Assembly (NCBI GenBank): GCA_963755215.1
Contig: CAVWIW010000014.1
Coordinates: forward strand, 14,347 to 78,346
Direction of reading: 5' to 3'
DNA: 64,000 bases
DNA from: an uncultured Thermoleophilaceae bacterium
Lineage (GTDB): Bacteria; Actinomycetota; Thermoleophilia; Solirubrobacterales; Thermoleophilaceae
A program made the translations under genes and the position numbers. The number at the start of each line of letters is the position of its first letter. Positions within the stretch are counted from its first letter, which is position 1. The notes beneath the pieces are model-generated. The model searched no databases. It saw only the letters and a list, made by a program, of their open reading frames with translations, and was not told where the DNA came from. Below are positions 17,528 to 27,880 of the stretch, piece by piece.

Positions 17528-20110
17528 TCATCGTGGTGCCCGTCGGAGCTCGCTCGCCCGGTTGCCGCTGATGGCGAATATGCGCGCGCCGGACTTGCGG
17601 TTGATCTCGCTGTCGGTGTCGATCCCGGCCGTCAGCGCGAAGCCGGAGTCACGCGCATCCGGACCGAGCCGTTTGGCCACGTCAGGCCTGGGCCGTGAGG
17701 GCCGGCCGGCCACGATGAAGCGCCCGTCCACGAAGGCCACCACCCGGTCGGCGGCGCCTTGGCGGGCGCTCGCGGCCCAGCCATCGACGGAGAACCGACG
17801 AGCGCTGAAATCGAGCCTGACGGCTTCGTATGCCCCCTGCACCGCGCCGGGCCGAACCGTTATCTCACGGCCCGACGCGGCAGCCAAGACCTCGCGCCCG
17901 CCTCGCCGCTTCAATGCAAAGGCCTCTCCAGCACCGCCGGCGACGGGCCGGCTCAGCCTCGTCAGCCGGCGCGCAGCCCCGGCTCCGTCGACTGCGAACA
18001 CCTCCACCGTGTTCCTGCCGGGACGGAATGAGCTCGGCGCGATCATCGCGCCGAAGCGTCCCGCGACGGACTCATACAGCCGCGTGGTCGCCTCGATGCG
18101 CCCGTTCACCGCCACGATCAGGCGTAGCCCCGCCGTTGCCGAACCCTCCACTCGCCCTGTCACGAATGCCGGCACAACGGCGTCCCGAGGATCGACGGAC
18201 GAGTACAGCTGGGGACTGTCGATGACCACGCGACGGCCCGAGCTCGCAGCAGGCTGAAGGCTCTGGACCGATGCTCCGATGAGGTCGGCGTCGGGGCCGA
18301 ATCGGAACATCCCGCCGGCCCCAAACAGTGCTGCGGTGCGGGCGACCTCGGCGTCTCGCTGGCGACGGTAGTCCTCGAACGACACATCCACGTCCTCGCC
18401 CGCCTGGGACTGCACGCTAACCGGCCCCGCCTGCCGCCCCCCGCGCTCCAGCGCCGAGCGCCCATCCGCATCCCACGGCAGTGCCACGTCGAGGTGGTCG
18501 GCCAGGGTGGGCAACAGGTCCAGGGTGGACACCTGCGCGTCGTCGACCCGCCCCCGGCGCTGGCCCGGGCCCTTCACGATGAGCGGGACACCGGCGATCT
18601 GCGCCAGCGTCTCCCGGGTCACCTCGCGCCGCGGCGCGCCCGGGCGAAAGCTCACCCCGTGATCCGAGGTCACAGCGATCAGTGCTCGGTCGTACGCGCC
18701 GGTCGCCCTCAGCCGGTCGAAGACCCGCCCAAGGAACCGGTCCACGTAGCCCACCTGCAGCGAGTAGCGCTGGAACGCCTGTTCCGCGGCCCAGGCGTCG
18801 CCGCCCCAGCCAGCTGGTCGTAGGCCGGGCGGATCGGCAACGCGCACCGGGTATTGCTGGCCTGAGGGCAGGTAACGGTAGGCCAGGTGCGGCAACTGCA
18901 CGTGGAGGTAGTGAAGCGTCGGGCGCGACGACCGGCGGCCGAGACCACGCTCGAAGGCGTTGAGCTGTCCGACGCGATCCTCCAGGGCCCGCCGATGAGT
19001 GAGCCGGAATCGGGCGGCGTTCCGCGCCTGGCCGCCGGTCCCGACGGGGGGCCCGTCGTCATCGAAGTCACCGAAGGTCCGGTCCACCGCGGGAAGGTCA
19101 TCGCGCAGGTCGTCGGGAAGGCCGAGGTGGAGCGACACGATGCTCAGGTCCGAGATCAGGCCGGACAGGCGATCTGACTTCGGCTCCCGCGTGGACTCGC
19201 CACACAGATGCGCAGGGCAGAGGTCGGTGACCGGCTCGATGACCTCGAATGAGTAGCTGCCGGCCAGGAGCGTGAACAGGTTGCCCGGGTGATCCGCCGC
19301 GATCGGAAGGGCATCGCGGTCGGGGCGGCGGCCCGACAGCAGCGCGGGCACCGCTTGCGGCGTCACGTCGGCCACCGTCGTGGCGTTGCGGTACCAGGTG
19401 CCATCGCGGGCGAGGCGGGCGAAGTTCGGGTAGCGCGTGCCGTCGATCCGGTGGCGAGCGTCCATCAGGGACGTGACCGAGAGCTCGTCGAACACGAGCA
19501 CCACGACGGGAGTGTCCCCATCGACCTCGACGCTGCCCTGGCCGGTCGCGTCGCTCGGGAAGACGAGCTTTGAAACCGGCGATGCGATCAGGAACAGCAC
19601 GAGGAACAGGACCGGAGCGGGCGACAGGGCGGTGAGCACCGCCGGTGCGAAGCGAGTGCGCTGGTATGCGAGCGCGAACGCGAAGCCGAGCGCGATCGCC
19701 ATGGGGATCAGCACTACGGATGGGATTAGCTCGTTGAGGAGGTTGAGCACGAATGCTCCAGCCAGCGCGCCCGTCAGGACCGCGTGGGCTGCGCGGCGCG
19801 CCGCGCGCCCAGCGACCAAGAACACCGCCTCGACCGCGAGCAGGATGGTTGGAGGGACGAGCACCAGCCCGAAGCCCAGCAGCAGGATGTCCCCGCGCGT
19901 GTTGCCCCGGGCCACGAAGAACTCGGGGTTGTCCGCCAGCAGGTCGAGCAGGGGCTGGGCCAGGGCCAGCGACCACAGCACAGCCAGGTGAAGCCATGCC
20001 CATGCCAGCTCCCGCCCCACCGGCGGGCGCGCGTTCACAATTCGATGGTACTTGAGGTTCAGCCCGATTCCGCGCCTGTCCCGCACGCGTCGCGGGCCGC
20101 TCGACAGCAT
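17528..20110 (-). CDS. membrane-anchored sulfatase-like protein (alkaline-phosphatase superfamily)
   Basis: ORF 17528..20269; ATG at 20110 is preferred to avoid overlapping the upstream gene. Several N-terminal TM segments are followed by VVVLVFDELS and LIAVTSDHGVSF motifs. The C-terminal stretch of about 300 aa has no recognised family. Confidence 0.7.
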   Translation of the reverse strand: MLSSGPRRVRDRRGIGLNLKYHRIVNARPPVGRELAWAWLHLAVLWSLALAQPLLDLLADNPEFFVARGNTRGDILLLGFGLVLVPPTILLAVEAVFLVAGRAARRAAHAVLTGALAGAFVLNLLNELIPSVVLIPMAIALGFAFALAYQRTRFAPAVLTALSPAPVLFLVLFLIASPVSKLVFPSDATGQGSVEVDGDTPVVVLVFDELSVTSLMDARHRIDGTRYPNFARLARDGTWYRNATTVADVTPQAVPALLSGRRPDRDALPIAADHPGNLFTLLAGSYSFEVIEPVTDLCPAHLCGESTREPKSDRLSGLISDLSIVSLHLGLPDDLRDDLPAVDRTFGDFDDDGPPVGTGGQARNAARFRLTHRRALEDRVGQLNAFERGLGRRSSRPTLHYLHVQLPHLAYRYLPSGQQYPVRVADPPGLRPAGWGGDAWAAEQAFQRYSLQVGYVDRFLGRVFDRLRATGAYDRALIAVTSDHGVSFRPGAPRREVTRETLAQIAGVPLIVKGPGQRRGRVDDAQVSTLDLLPTLADHLDVALPWDADGRSALERGGRQAGPVSVQSQAGEDVDVSFEDYRRQRDAEVARTAALFGAGGMFRFGPDADLIGASVQSLQPAASSGRRVVIDSPQLYSSVDPRDAVVPAFVTGRVEGSATAGLRLIVAVNGRIEATTRLYESVAGRFGAMIAPSSFRPGRNTVEVFAVDGAGAARRLTRLSRPVAGGAGEAFALKRRGGREVLAAASGREITVRPGAVQGAYEAVRLDFSARRFSVDGWAASARQGAADRVVAFVDGRFIVAGRPSRPRPDVAKRLGPDARDSGFALTAGIDTDSEINRKSGARIFAISGNRASELRRAPR

Positions 20111-20174
20111 GGCGGCCGAGTCCGCCTCCGCTGTCCTCGCTCGACCCCAGCGGGCGCGAGGAGTATCCAGGACC

Positions 20175-22061
20175 TCAGGGTGTGACGATGGCGAAGTACG
20201 GGTCGGGCGGGTCGAGGAGGCCGAGCAGTTCGCCGACCTTGGCCGGATCGCCTTCCACGACCAGTCCACCCGAGGAGGCGAGATCCTCGATCTTGGCGAT
20301 GCCGGCGACGACCTGGTCGAGCGCGCTGCGCTGAATGCTCAAGGTGGCGTCGACCGGCCCCGTGGGGGCGCCGCGGCGGTGGTTCAGCACGCCGTGCTCG
20401 AGCGTAAGCCCGTACTCGTTGCCGGTGTCGGTGAATCGCCAGTGCAGAGCGATGCGGCGGTCACCGGCGCGCGGCCCGTCGATCTGAATCGCCAGGGCGC
20501 TGAAGAGCTGTTCGTCGCTGAGACTGGCGATGAAGTCGGGGGGCAGGACGGCCGCTGTCCCGCTGCCGCCGTGGCGCAGCTCCTGGGCGCCCGTCAGGAA
20601 GAAGTTGCGCCAGGTTCCGTTCTCGGCGCCGTAGGCGAGCTGCTCGAGCGCCTGTGCCTGGAGCTCCTTGGCCTCGCCGTGGTCGGGATCGGCGAAGACG
20701 AGGTGATTCACCACCTCCGCGACCCAGCGAAAATCTCCGCGCTCGAACGCCTCGCGGGCGTGCGCGAGCAGCGCGTCTGCGCCTCCGGCCAGCTCCACGT
20801 ACCGCTCGCCTGCGGCCTCGGGCGGGTGGGGCCAGAGGTGCGCCGGGTTGCCGTCGAACCACCCGAGGTAGCGCTGGTAGACCGCCTTGAGGTTGTGGTT
20901 CAGCGAGCCGTAGTAGCCGCGGCAGTGCCATTCGTGCTCCAGGCTCGGCGGCAGCTCGAGCTGCTCGGCGATCTCGGCGCCAACGTAGCCCTTGTTCAAC
21001 AGGCGCAGTCCCTGGTCGTGGATGTAGCCGTACAGATCACGCTGCTTCTCCAGGAAGTCGACGATGCGCTCGGCCCCCCAGCGCGGCCAGTGGTGCTGGG
21101 CGAACTGCACGTCGGCCTCGGCGGCAAACAGGACGATCGCCTCGTCGAGGTACGCGGCCCAGCCGCGCGCGTCGCGCACCAGCGCCCCACGCAGCGTGGC
21201 CACGTTGTGCAGGTTGTGGGTGGCGTTCTCGGCCATGCACAGCGCACGCCGGTCGGGGAAGAGGAAGTTCATCTCCGCCGGCGCCTCTGTGTTCGGCGTG
21301 AGCTGGAACACCATGCGGATGCCGTCGACCGTGACCTCCTGGCCGGTGTGGGTGATGTCGATCGTCGGAGCGATCAACGTGACGGTCCCGGTCGACGTGG
21401 TCTGGCCCAGGCCGGCGCCGACCTGCCCGGTCGGCCCCTTCGGCAACAGCGCGCCGTACATGTACGTCGCCCGCCGGGTCATCGCGCCGCCGGCGTAGAC
21501 GTTCTCGCTGATCGCATGCTCCATGAACCCCTCGGGCGCGAACACCGGCACACGGCCCGAAGCGACGTCCTCGGCCGAGACGACGCCGCGCGCGCCACCG
21601 AAGTGGTCGACGTGGCTGTGCGTGTACAGCAGCCCCGTCACGGGGCGGTCGCCGCGATGGTCGCGGTACAGGGCCAGCGCCGCCGCTGCGCACTCGGCCG
21701 AGATGAGAGGGTCGATCGCGAGCACGCCGCCCTCGCCTTCGACGATCGTCATGTTCGACAGGTCGAGCCCGCGCACCTGGTAGATGCCCTCGGCGACCTC
21801 GAAGAGGCCGTGGATGGCTGCCAGCTGTCCCTGCCGCCACAGGCTCGGGTTCACCGTCTCCGGGCATTCGGCGTCGAGGAACTCGTACGCCTGCGTGTCC
21901 CACACGACGCGGCCGCTGGTAGCCCGGATCAGCGGATCCGGCAGCGAGGCGATCCGCCCTCGCCGCGCGTCGTCGAAGTCCTTGGTGTCAGCGAACGGCA
22001 GGCTCAGTCGCACCGCGGCATTCGCGTCGGCAATCTGCCGCGTGACCTGTGCAGGCTCCAT
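20175..22061 (-). CDS. alkyl/aryl-sulfatase (MBL fold with SCP2-like C-terminus, SdsA1/YjcS type)
   Basis: 628-aa ORF with N-terminal DFDDARRG, metallo-beta-lactamase motif YTHSHVDHFGGARGV, and dimerisation plus C-terminal sterol-carrier-like regions. Confidence 0.85.
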   Translation of the reverse strand: MEPAQVTRQIADANAAVRLSLPFADTKDFDDARRGRIASLPDPLIRATSGRVVWDTQAYEFLDAECPETVNPSLWRQGQLAAIHGLFEVAEGIYQVRGLDLSNMTIVEGEGGVLAIDPLISAECAAAALALYRDHRGDRPVTGLLYTHSHVDHFGGARGVVSAEDVASGRVPVFAPEGFMEHAISENVYAGGAMTRRATYMYGALLPKGPTGQVGAGLGQTTSTGTVTLIAPTIDITHTGQEVTVDGIRMVFQLTPNTEAPAEMNFLFPDRRALCMAENATHNLHNVATLRGALVRDARGWAAYLDEAIVLFAAEADVQFAQHHWPRWGAERIVDFLEKQRDLYGYIHDQGLRLLNKGYVGAEIAEQLELPPSLEHEWHCRGYYGSLNHNLKAVYQRYLGWFDGNPAHLWPHPPEAAGERYVELAGGADALLAHAREAFERGDFRWVAEVVNHLVFADPDHGEAKELQAQALEQLAYGAENGTWRNFFLTGAQELRHGGSGTAAVLPPDFIASLSDEQLFSALAIQIDGPRAGDRRIALHWRFTDTGNEYGLTLEHGVLNHRRGAPTGPVDATLSIQRSALDQVVAGIAKIEDLASSGGLVVEGDPAKVGELLGLLDPPDPYFAIVTP

Positions 22062-22067
22062 CCTAGA

Positions 22068-22142
22068 AGCAAGCGGCCGGACTCGAACCGGCGACCTCCG
22101 GCGTGACAGGCCGGCAACCGTTCCGTGCTAAACGAGCTTGCT
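22068..22142 (-). tRNA. degenerate tRNA-Asp(GTC)-like element
   Basis: Shares an identical 39-nt block (22077..22115 = 22303..22341) with the neighbouring tRNA-Asp, covering the anticodon arm (CTGTCAC loop), variable region and T-arm. The acceptor stem can pair (AGCAAGC/GCTTGCT), but the D-arm region and junctions are non-canonical (extra bases before the anticodon stem and after the T stem). Confidence 0.4.
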
Positions 22143-22293
22143 AGAGCGGTACTGGCGCCCAGCCTACTGCCCCTGGGGAGGGATTGAGGAAGTCGCCGTT
22201 GAAGAGCGGGCCGGGACGTGAGACGCTCGCTTGGAGTCAGCGCCCCGAGGCGGTGACGGCGCTTTACGGAGCCAACGCAGGCTCTAGCTTCGA

Positions 22294-22367
<74 letters not shown>

Positions 22368-22438
22368 TGGCGTTGAGCGAGGATAGCGGAGGTCGGGCGG
22401 TCTTCTCGCCTGGCCCTCGGGGGATTAGAGTCGCCCTT

Positions 22439-23296
22439 ATGGGTCGGATCGGTCGCGGCTGGCAGCTGACCAAGCAGAGTTGGGCGATCGTCAAGCGCGA
22501 CCGCTCGTTGATGGTCTTCCCGGCGGTCGGCGGGGCCGGCGCGCTGATCCTCGCGGTGCTGATCGGCGGCGGCGGATACGCGCTCTACGACGCCTCCGAG
22601 AGCGAGCCGGCGCTGATCGCGCTGCTGGTGGTGGCCGCCTATCTCGTGGTGCTGGTGTCGCTGTACTGCAACGTCGCGCTGAGCCATTGCGCGGCGCGGT
22701 CGCTGGAGGGCCACGACACGACCGCGCGCGAGGGGTTCGCCGCAGCCGGCGCTCGGTTCGGGCCGGTCGCGAGCTGGGCGCTGCTATCCCTGCTGGTCGG
22801 CGTCCTGATCAGCGCGGTGCAGGCGCTGCTGCGCGGCGGAGCCGGTCAGCTGGTGGCCTCACTCGTCGGCGGGCTGGCGAACCTGGCCTGGAGCGTGGCC
22901 AGCTTCTTCGTGGTGCCGGTCATCGCTCTCGAGGGCCTGGGGCCGATGAGCGCCCTGAAGCAGTCGGTGTCGGTCATCCGGGAGCGCTGGGGCGAGGGCG
23001 TGACCGGGTCGTTTGCGATCGGCGGACTGGTGTTCCTGGTGGCGTTCCTGCCCGGTGCCGCGCTGGTGGCGGGCGGCATCGCGCTGAGTTCCTCCGCTGA
23101 GATCCCGGCGGCCGTCCTGATCGCGCTCGGTGTGGCCGTGTTCGCGATCGGCGCCGTGGTGCAGACCGCGCTGATGGCGATCTTCAAGGTCGCGCTCTAT
23201 CGGTTCGCGACGGAAGACCGCGTCCTCGCCGAGTACTCGCGCGATGAGCTCGAGGGCGCCTTCAGGCCCAGGCGCGGGCGCCTGGCCGGCGCCTGA
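22439..23296 (+). CDS. polytopic membrane protein (DUF6159-like)
   Basis: ATG at 22439. N-terminus MGRIGRGWQLTKQSWAIVKRDRSLMVFP followed by 5-6 hydrophobic segments. Family name from memory. Confidence 0.6.
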   Translation: MGRIGRGWQLTKQSWAIVKRDRSLMVFPAVGGAGALILAVLIGGGGYALYDASESEPALIALLVVAAYLVVLVSLYCNVALSHCAARSLEGHDTTAREGFAAAGARFGPVASWALLSLLVGVLISAVQALLRGGAGQLVASLVGGLANLAWSVASFFVVPVIALEGLGPMSALKQSVSVIRERWGEGVTGSFAIGGLVFLVAFLPGAALVAGGIALSSSAEIPAAVLIALGVAVFAIGAVVQTALMAIFKVALYRFATEDRVLAEYSRDELEGAFRPRRGRLAGA

Positions 23297-23298
23297 GC

Positions 23299-23880
23299 TC
23301 AGAGCAGCTCGGCCGCCAGCACGATCGCTCCGAACACGCCGGCCACGGCGGCGATGGATGCCACCAGCCACGTGGGCGGACCGCCGTGAATGCCCGTCTC
23401 GTGCAGCACGGCGTGGCCCTTGCCGCGAGCTATCAGGCGCCGGTTCACGGGGAAGGCCACGAGCCCTGCGATCACCAGCGCCACGGCAAGCGAGCCCCAG
23501 AACAGCACGTCACCCACGCCCGCCTCCATCGCCCCCGGGATGAGCAGCAGGATCGCGTTGTCCACGACCTCCATCACGGCGATGGACAGCGTGTCCGTGG
23601 CGAGCGCGATCGGAATGACCGCCGCCACCGCCATCCCCGCCCGCAGGAGCGGCAGGCTCGTGAGCGAGTAGCCGAACAGGAACGCGAGGCCGATGGCCAG
23701 CGCGATCGTGCCCAGGTCCGAGAAGCCGAGTGCCGTGCCCACCACCACGCCGGTGACCTCGCCGATGGCGCACCCGGTGAGGCAGTGCAGCGTGGCGCTG
23801 GCGGCCATCGCTGTGAGTGCGCTGCCCGAGGTCGGGAGCTCGTGGTGATGGTGCTCGTGAGCTGCAGTCGAGGCTTCCAT
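23299..23880 (-). CDS. DUF4396-like membrane protein with His-rich N-terminus
   Basis: ATG at 23880. N-terminal HEHHHHE, conserved LHCLTGCAIGE, 4-5 TM segments. Divergent from csoR. Confidence 0.7.
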   Translation of the reverse strand: MEASTAAHEHHHHELPTSGSALTAMAASATLHCLTGCAIGEVTGVVVGTALGFSDLGTIALAIGLAFLFGYSLTSLPLLRAGMAVAAVIPIALATDTLSIAVMEVVDNAILLLIPGAMEAGVGDVLFWGSLAVALVIAGLVAFPVNRRLIARGKGHAVLHETGIHGGPPTWLVASIAAVAGVFGAIVLAAELL

Positions 23881-23891
23881 TCCAAGCACCC

Positions 23892-23917
23892 TAGCAAACC
23901 CCCTGGGGGTATTGCTA
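23892..23917. promoter_or_regulatory. CsoR-type palindromic operator candidate
   Basis: TAGCAAACCCCCTGGGGGTATTGCTA has a core ACCCCC-T-GGGGGT palindrome flanked by TAGCAA/TTGCTA arms. It lies in the 70-bp divergent intergenic region. Confidence 0.55.
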
Positions 23918-23950
23918 CCCTTTCTCCGGCAACGACCGAGAGGAGCATCG

Positions 23951-24253
23951 ATGGCAGCCACAACGGCCGGCGCTGCACGCGGCTACAGCGCCACCCGGGA
24001 ACAGCTGATCAACAGGCTGCGGCGCATCGAGGGGCAGGTGGGCGGCGTCGAGCGCATGGTGGAGGACGACCGCTACTGCATCGACGTGCTGACCCAGATT
24101 GCCGCGATCCAGGCGGCGCTCGACAAGGTCGCCCTGGGGCTGCTGGACGACTACGCGCGACACTGCGTGATCGGCGGTCAGGGCGACGGCGAGCCCGAGG
24201 AGCTCACGACCGAGCTCATGGCCGCCGTCGGTCGCCTGATGCGCCGCGGCTAG
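23951..24253 (+). CDS. csoR: CsoR/RcnR family metal-sensing repressor
   Basis: ATG at 23951 with GAGAGGAG upstream. Pattern RLRRIEGQVGGVERMVEDDRYCIDVLTQIAAIQAAL...HC. Confidence 0.8.
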   Translation: MAATTAGAARGYSATREQLINRLRRIEGQVGGVERMVEDDRYCIDVLTQIAAIQAALDKVALGLLDDYARHCVIGGQGDGEPEELTTELMAAVGRLMRRG

Positions 24254-24258
24254 GTCAG

Positions 24259-24879
24259 CTAACGGCGGGCGAGCGCCGCCGCGGCGCCCAGTCCCACGAA
24301 CGTCGCCCCGCTCACGCGGTCGAGCAGCCTCCGGGCGCGCATGCTGCGGCGCAGGCGGTCGCCCGCCATGCCGGCCGTCAGCGCCCAGGCGATGTCCAGC
24401 GCCGCGGCGATCGCGATGAACAGGGCACCCAGGATCGCCACCTGGGGCGCCACGGCCCGGCCAGGGTCGATGAACTGGGGCAGGAAGGCCACGAAGAAGA
24501 TCGCCACCTTGGGGTTCAGGGCGCTCACGACCACTCCCTGACGGAACAGCGCCGCCGGTCGGGCCGGCGGTGCCTCCGCCAGCGTCCGGTGCTCACGCGT
24601 CGTGAGCTTCTGGATGCCCAGGGCGATGAGGTATGCGGCCCCGGCGTACTTGACAACGCTGAACGCGGTGGCCGACGAGGCCACCAGCGCGGACAGGCCG
24701 ACGGCGGCCGCCGCCACGTGCACCAGACCCCCGGCCTCGATCCCGAGCGCGCTGATCACGCCGGCGGACCGGCCCTGGGCTACCGCGCGCGTGACGATGT
24801 AGACCACGGCCGGCCCCGGCACCACGATCAACGCGGCGCTGGCAAGCGCGAAGGGCAACAGTGCGGATGAGTCGGGCAC
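24259..24879 (-). CDS. LysE/RhtB family amino-acid exporter
   Basis: 206-aa ORF with N-terminal PFALASAALIVVPGPAVVYIV and 5-6 TM segments. Confidence 0.8.
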   Translation of the reverse strand: MPDSSALLPFALASAALIVVPGPAVVYIVTRAVAQGRSAGVISALGIEAGGLVHVAAAAVGLSALVASSATAFSVVKYAGAAYLIALGIQKLTTREHRTLAEAPPARPAALFRQGVVVSALNPKVAIFFVAFLPQFIDPGRAVAPQVAILGALFIAIAAALDIAWALTAGMAGDRLRRSMRARRLLDRVSGATFVGLGAAAALARR

Positions 24880-24965
24880 GGCGCGATTGTGCCACGGCCC
24901 AGGCGCATCCGGGTGTCGCTACTACCTTGACCCGGGCGGGCGCACCCAACTAGGGTCGCCCGGTC

Positions 24966-26327
24966 ATGACGCCACGACGACTTGCCGTAGCAGCCGTGGC
25001 GGCGACGCTTGGCCTGACCGGCTGCACGCTCGACCGCCCCGCCGATCCCGTCGTGCTCACAGGTGCCGACGTGCCCAGCCTGGCGTCCACTCCGGCGGGC
25101 GACGTGGTGGCGTTCCGCTGGATCGAGGACTCCTGGTTCCAGGTGCCGATCCAGGTCGACGAGCGCAAGGCCATCGACCTCGGGCAGGTCTATAACGGCA
25201 ACTACGGCGGCTACACCACCACCGTCTACACCGACGCCGGGACGTTCACGGGAGCCGACACGAACGCCAACGTGGACGCCAACGACGAGATCGCCCTGAT
25301 GGCAAAGGACACGGGCTACGAGGCGCCGGGCGGCTCCGGCAACCCCAGCGGCGTGGTGGCCGGAAGCGGCGTGAAGGTCAGGGTCCGCTCGACGCTGGGC
25401 GGCCAGACCAAGGACGGCTGGGTCTACCTCTTCCGCCGCAGCGGCGGGCTCAGCCCGGGCGCCGGGTACAAGTACGTGGACTACCAGTTCAACCTGCTCT
25501 CGGGCGACTACAAGACCACCTACAAGCTCGAGGACGGGCCAAACCCCGAGAACTCGACGGTGAGCACGCCCAACTACTCGGTGCACTTCTCCGACCGGTG
25601 GCTGAAGGACCAGCTGCGGGTGAAGGCCGGGGACGCCACGGAGGTCGACATCCTCGATCGCGCGAAGTCCCGGCTGGCAGCGGGCAACTGCGGTCGCAGC
25701 GAGGACACCTTCAACGACGCCGAGGGAGCGTTCATCGCCAACAAGAGCGGGCCCGTGCGTGCGATCCGCTCCTACGTGGGCGCCAACAGCGGGCCGCTCG
25801 TCCAGCGCGAGCACCTGTTCTACGAGGGCCGCGAGGACGTGCGCACCTTCCTGCGCGTGCACGCGGTCCCGGGACCGCTGGACTATCACGACTACTCCTC
25901 CGCGGCCAGCGGGATGACCTACAAGAACGACAACAACCCCGGCGGCCTTGCGATCAACGGCCAGCCGGAGACGCCGGCGGCCGGGGCGATCACGTGGGAG
26001 AGCGTCGACGGGGCCCAGGGCGGACTTTCGATCGCCCACTCGCTGGACAGCGACATCGCGGGGCTGGCCGTTGGCACGTACTACCTGGACGACAGCACGC
26101 CCGGTGGCGGCATCGAGACCCAGTGCACCGGCGACACGCAGGCCTTCGGCGCCAGCGGGCCCGACCTGCTGGGCAACCTGCCGAACACGGACCCGCGCAG
26201 CACGCCGTCGAACCGGATGAACTCCACGCGCACGATCTACTTCGAGGCGCCAGGGAAGGCCAACGGGTCTGCGCGCGCCGCGCAGGCCGCAAGCGCTTTT
26301 CAGACCAGCGTCACTAGCTTCCCCTAG
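24966..26327 (+). CDS. lipoprotein of unknown function
   Basis: Signal plus lipobox MTPRRLAVAAVAATLGLTGC. Balanced, beta-rich composition. No family recognised. Confidence 0.6.
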   Translation: MTPRRLAVAAVAATLGLTGCTLDRPADPVVLTGADVPSLASTPAGDVVAFRWIEDSWFQVPIQVDERKAIDLGQVYNGNYGGYTTTVYTDAGTFTGADTNANVDANDEIALMAKDTGYEAPGGSGNPSGVVAGSGVKVRVRSTLGGQTKDGWVYLFRRSGGLSPGAGYKYVDYQFNLLSGDYKTTYKLEDGPNPENSTVSTPNYSVHFSDRWLKDQLRVKAGDATEVDILDRAKSRLAAGNCGRSEDTFNDAEGAFIANKSGPVRAIRSYVGANSGPLVQREHLFYEGREDVRTFLRVHAVPGPLDYHDYSSAASGMTYKNDNNPGGLAINGQPETPAAGAITWESVDGAQGGLSIAHSLDSDIAGLAVGTYYLDDSTPGGGIETQCTGDTQAFGASGPDLLGNLPNTDPRSTPSNRMNSTRTIYFEAPGKANGSARAAQAASAFQTSVTSFP

Positions 26328-26469
26328 GCCCACGGCCGTTGCGGCGGCCGTCGGCCCCGTGCCTGCGCTCGCGCACCGTGGTGATACCCAGCCAGACCAG
26401 GAACGCCACGACCGGCAGGAAGTAGGCGACCTGCACCAGCCAATGGCCTGCGTGGGCGATGAGCATCAT
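26323..26469 (-). CDS. 48-aa single-TM peptide translationally coupled to the upstream membrane-protein gene
   Basis: ATGA overlap with the stop at 26466-26468. Hand translation: MMLIAHAGHWLVQVAYFLPVVAFLVWLGITTVRERRHGADGRRQRPWA. It is below the ORF-track size cutoff. Confidence 0.3.
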
Positions 26470-27863
26470 CCGTTGGACTGCGCCAGGAGCCACAGGGCGA
26501 GGCTCGTGAACCCGACCATCACCACGAGCATCCAGTACTGCGATCGAACGGCCATGCGCGAGTCGCGGTAGATGGAAAGCGCCCGGTCGTGCGCGAGGAT
26601 GAGCGCGGCCACGTGGCCTACGACCACGAATGCCACCTGCCAGTACCAGGTTGCGGTCGCGCCGATCACCGCGTAGTCGATGGCGTCATTGGCCGTGCCG
26701 AACAGGTCGGTGCCGCTCTCCCCGAGCGGGTTGGAGGCCAGATAGCCGAACGGCGCGGTGGAGATGCGTATGACCGCCTGGCCCTGGTAGAGCAGCAGCG
26801 TGAGGTAGTGCGCCGCCACGTAGGCGAAGGAGATGGGCACGAGCGTGTGGATGAACGCCTTGGCGAGCTCGCCGGCCGAGAGGTCGCCTCCCACCGTGCG
26901 CGCGCCCGCCACGCCCAACCGGTAGAAGCCGCCCACCAGCGCTATCGCGGCCACCAGGCCGAGCAGGAAGGTGGCCTCCAGGGCCTTCTCGGGTGAGAAG
27001 CCCAGCGAGCGGAAGAACTCGGCCAGGTCGGGGGAGATCCCCGTCCACAGCGGCGCCTCGGCCACGCCGTCGAAGGTGACCGAACCGATCAGGACCGCCA
27101 GCAGCGCCACGGTGCCCGCGACGGGCTGGAAGGCCGCAAGGCCCGAGAGCGGTCGCCGCAGCCCCACCTCATCCCCCTCGCGGCAGAAGGGCGAGATGCG
27201 CGAGAACAGGTTGAAGTAGACCCCGAACGCCTCTCCGCGCGCGCACCACGCCTCGACGCCGTAGAGGGCCATGCCCACGAAGGTCGCGCCCGAGTAGATC
27301 AACGCTCCGATGGCCACGTTTTCCGGCTTGTCGCCGTTGGACGCCACGAGCTCGAGCGCTGCGAACGCGAACAGCCCCGCCGCCGCGGGCCAGTGGCCGA
27401 GCCGCTCGCGGGTAGGCCATCGGGGCCGGCACCGGGCCGCGGGCCGCGGCGCTGGCCACCCAGGCGACCGCGCGCCCGATCGCACGCCACGGGTTGAAGG
27501 CGCGGAACACATCGCCGAACAGGACCGCCAGCGGCACGAAGCCCAGCCAGAAGATCACGAACACGAACGTGGGCGCGAAGTTGGCCTGGGGCGTCTGGAT
27601 CCCCGACAGGCCACTCCAAACGACGAGGACCAGCAGCGCGACGCCGACCGCTCCGCACAGCAACTCAACCGCGCGGCTGGTGAGTACCCGCGAGAGCCTC
27701 CCGGCAGGGGCCTGAAGTCCTCGTCCTGCAGCCGCGGCCGGGGCCAGAGGACCGCCAGCGCGACGAAGGAGATGACCAGCACCATGGCCGCCGCCCAACC
27801 GAACAGCCACTCCGGGATGGGAAGGTCGGCGCGCCCGACGATGCCGTGGGCCAGCAAGCTCAC
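26466..27863 (-). pseudogene. polytopic membrane protein of unknown function, split over three frames
   Basis: GTG at 27863 with GGGAGA upstream. Hydrophobic, family-like sequence continues across frame breaks near 27706 and 27410 (ORFs 27555.., 27169.. and 26466..27512). Confidence 0.6.
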
Positions 27864-27880
27864 GCAGCGTCTCCCGGGCC

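Noticed and set aside
20052-22106. 684-aa plus-strand ORF opposite the alkyl-sulfatase gene. Similar long shadows occur at 24828..26333, 15622..17511, 35581..36678, 5787..7019, 50727..51383 and 33089..34258.
   Set aside because: All have low-complexity Arg/Gly/Pro/Ala-rich translations, and all are fully overlapped by ORFs with recognisable family motifs on the other strand or frame.
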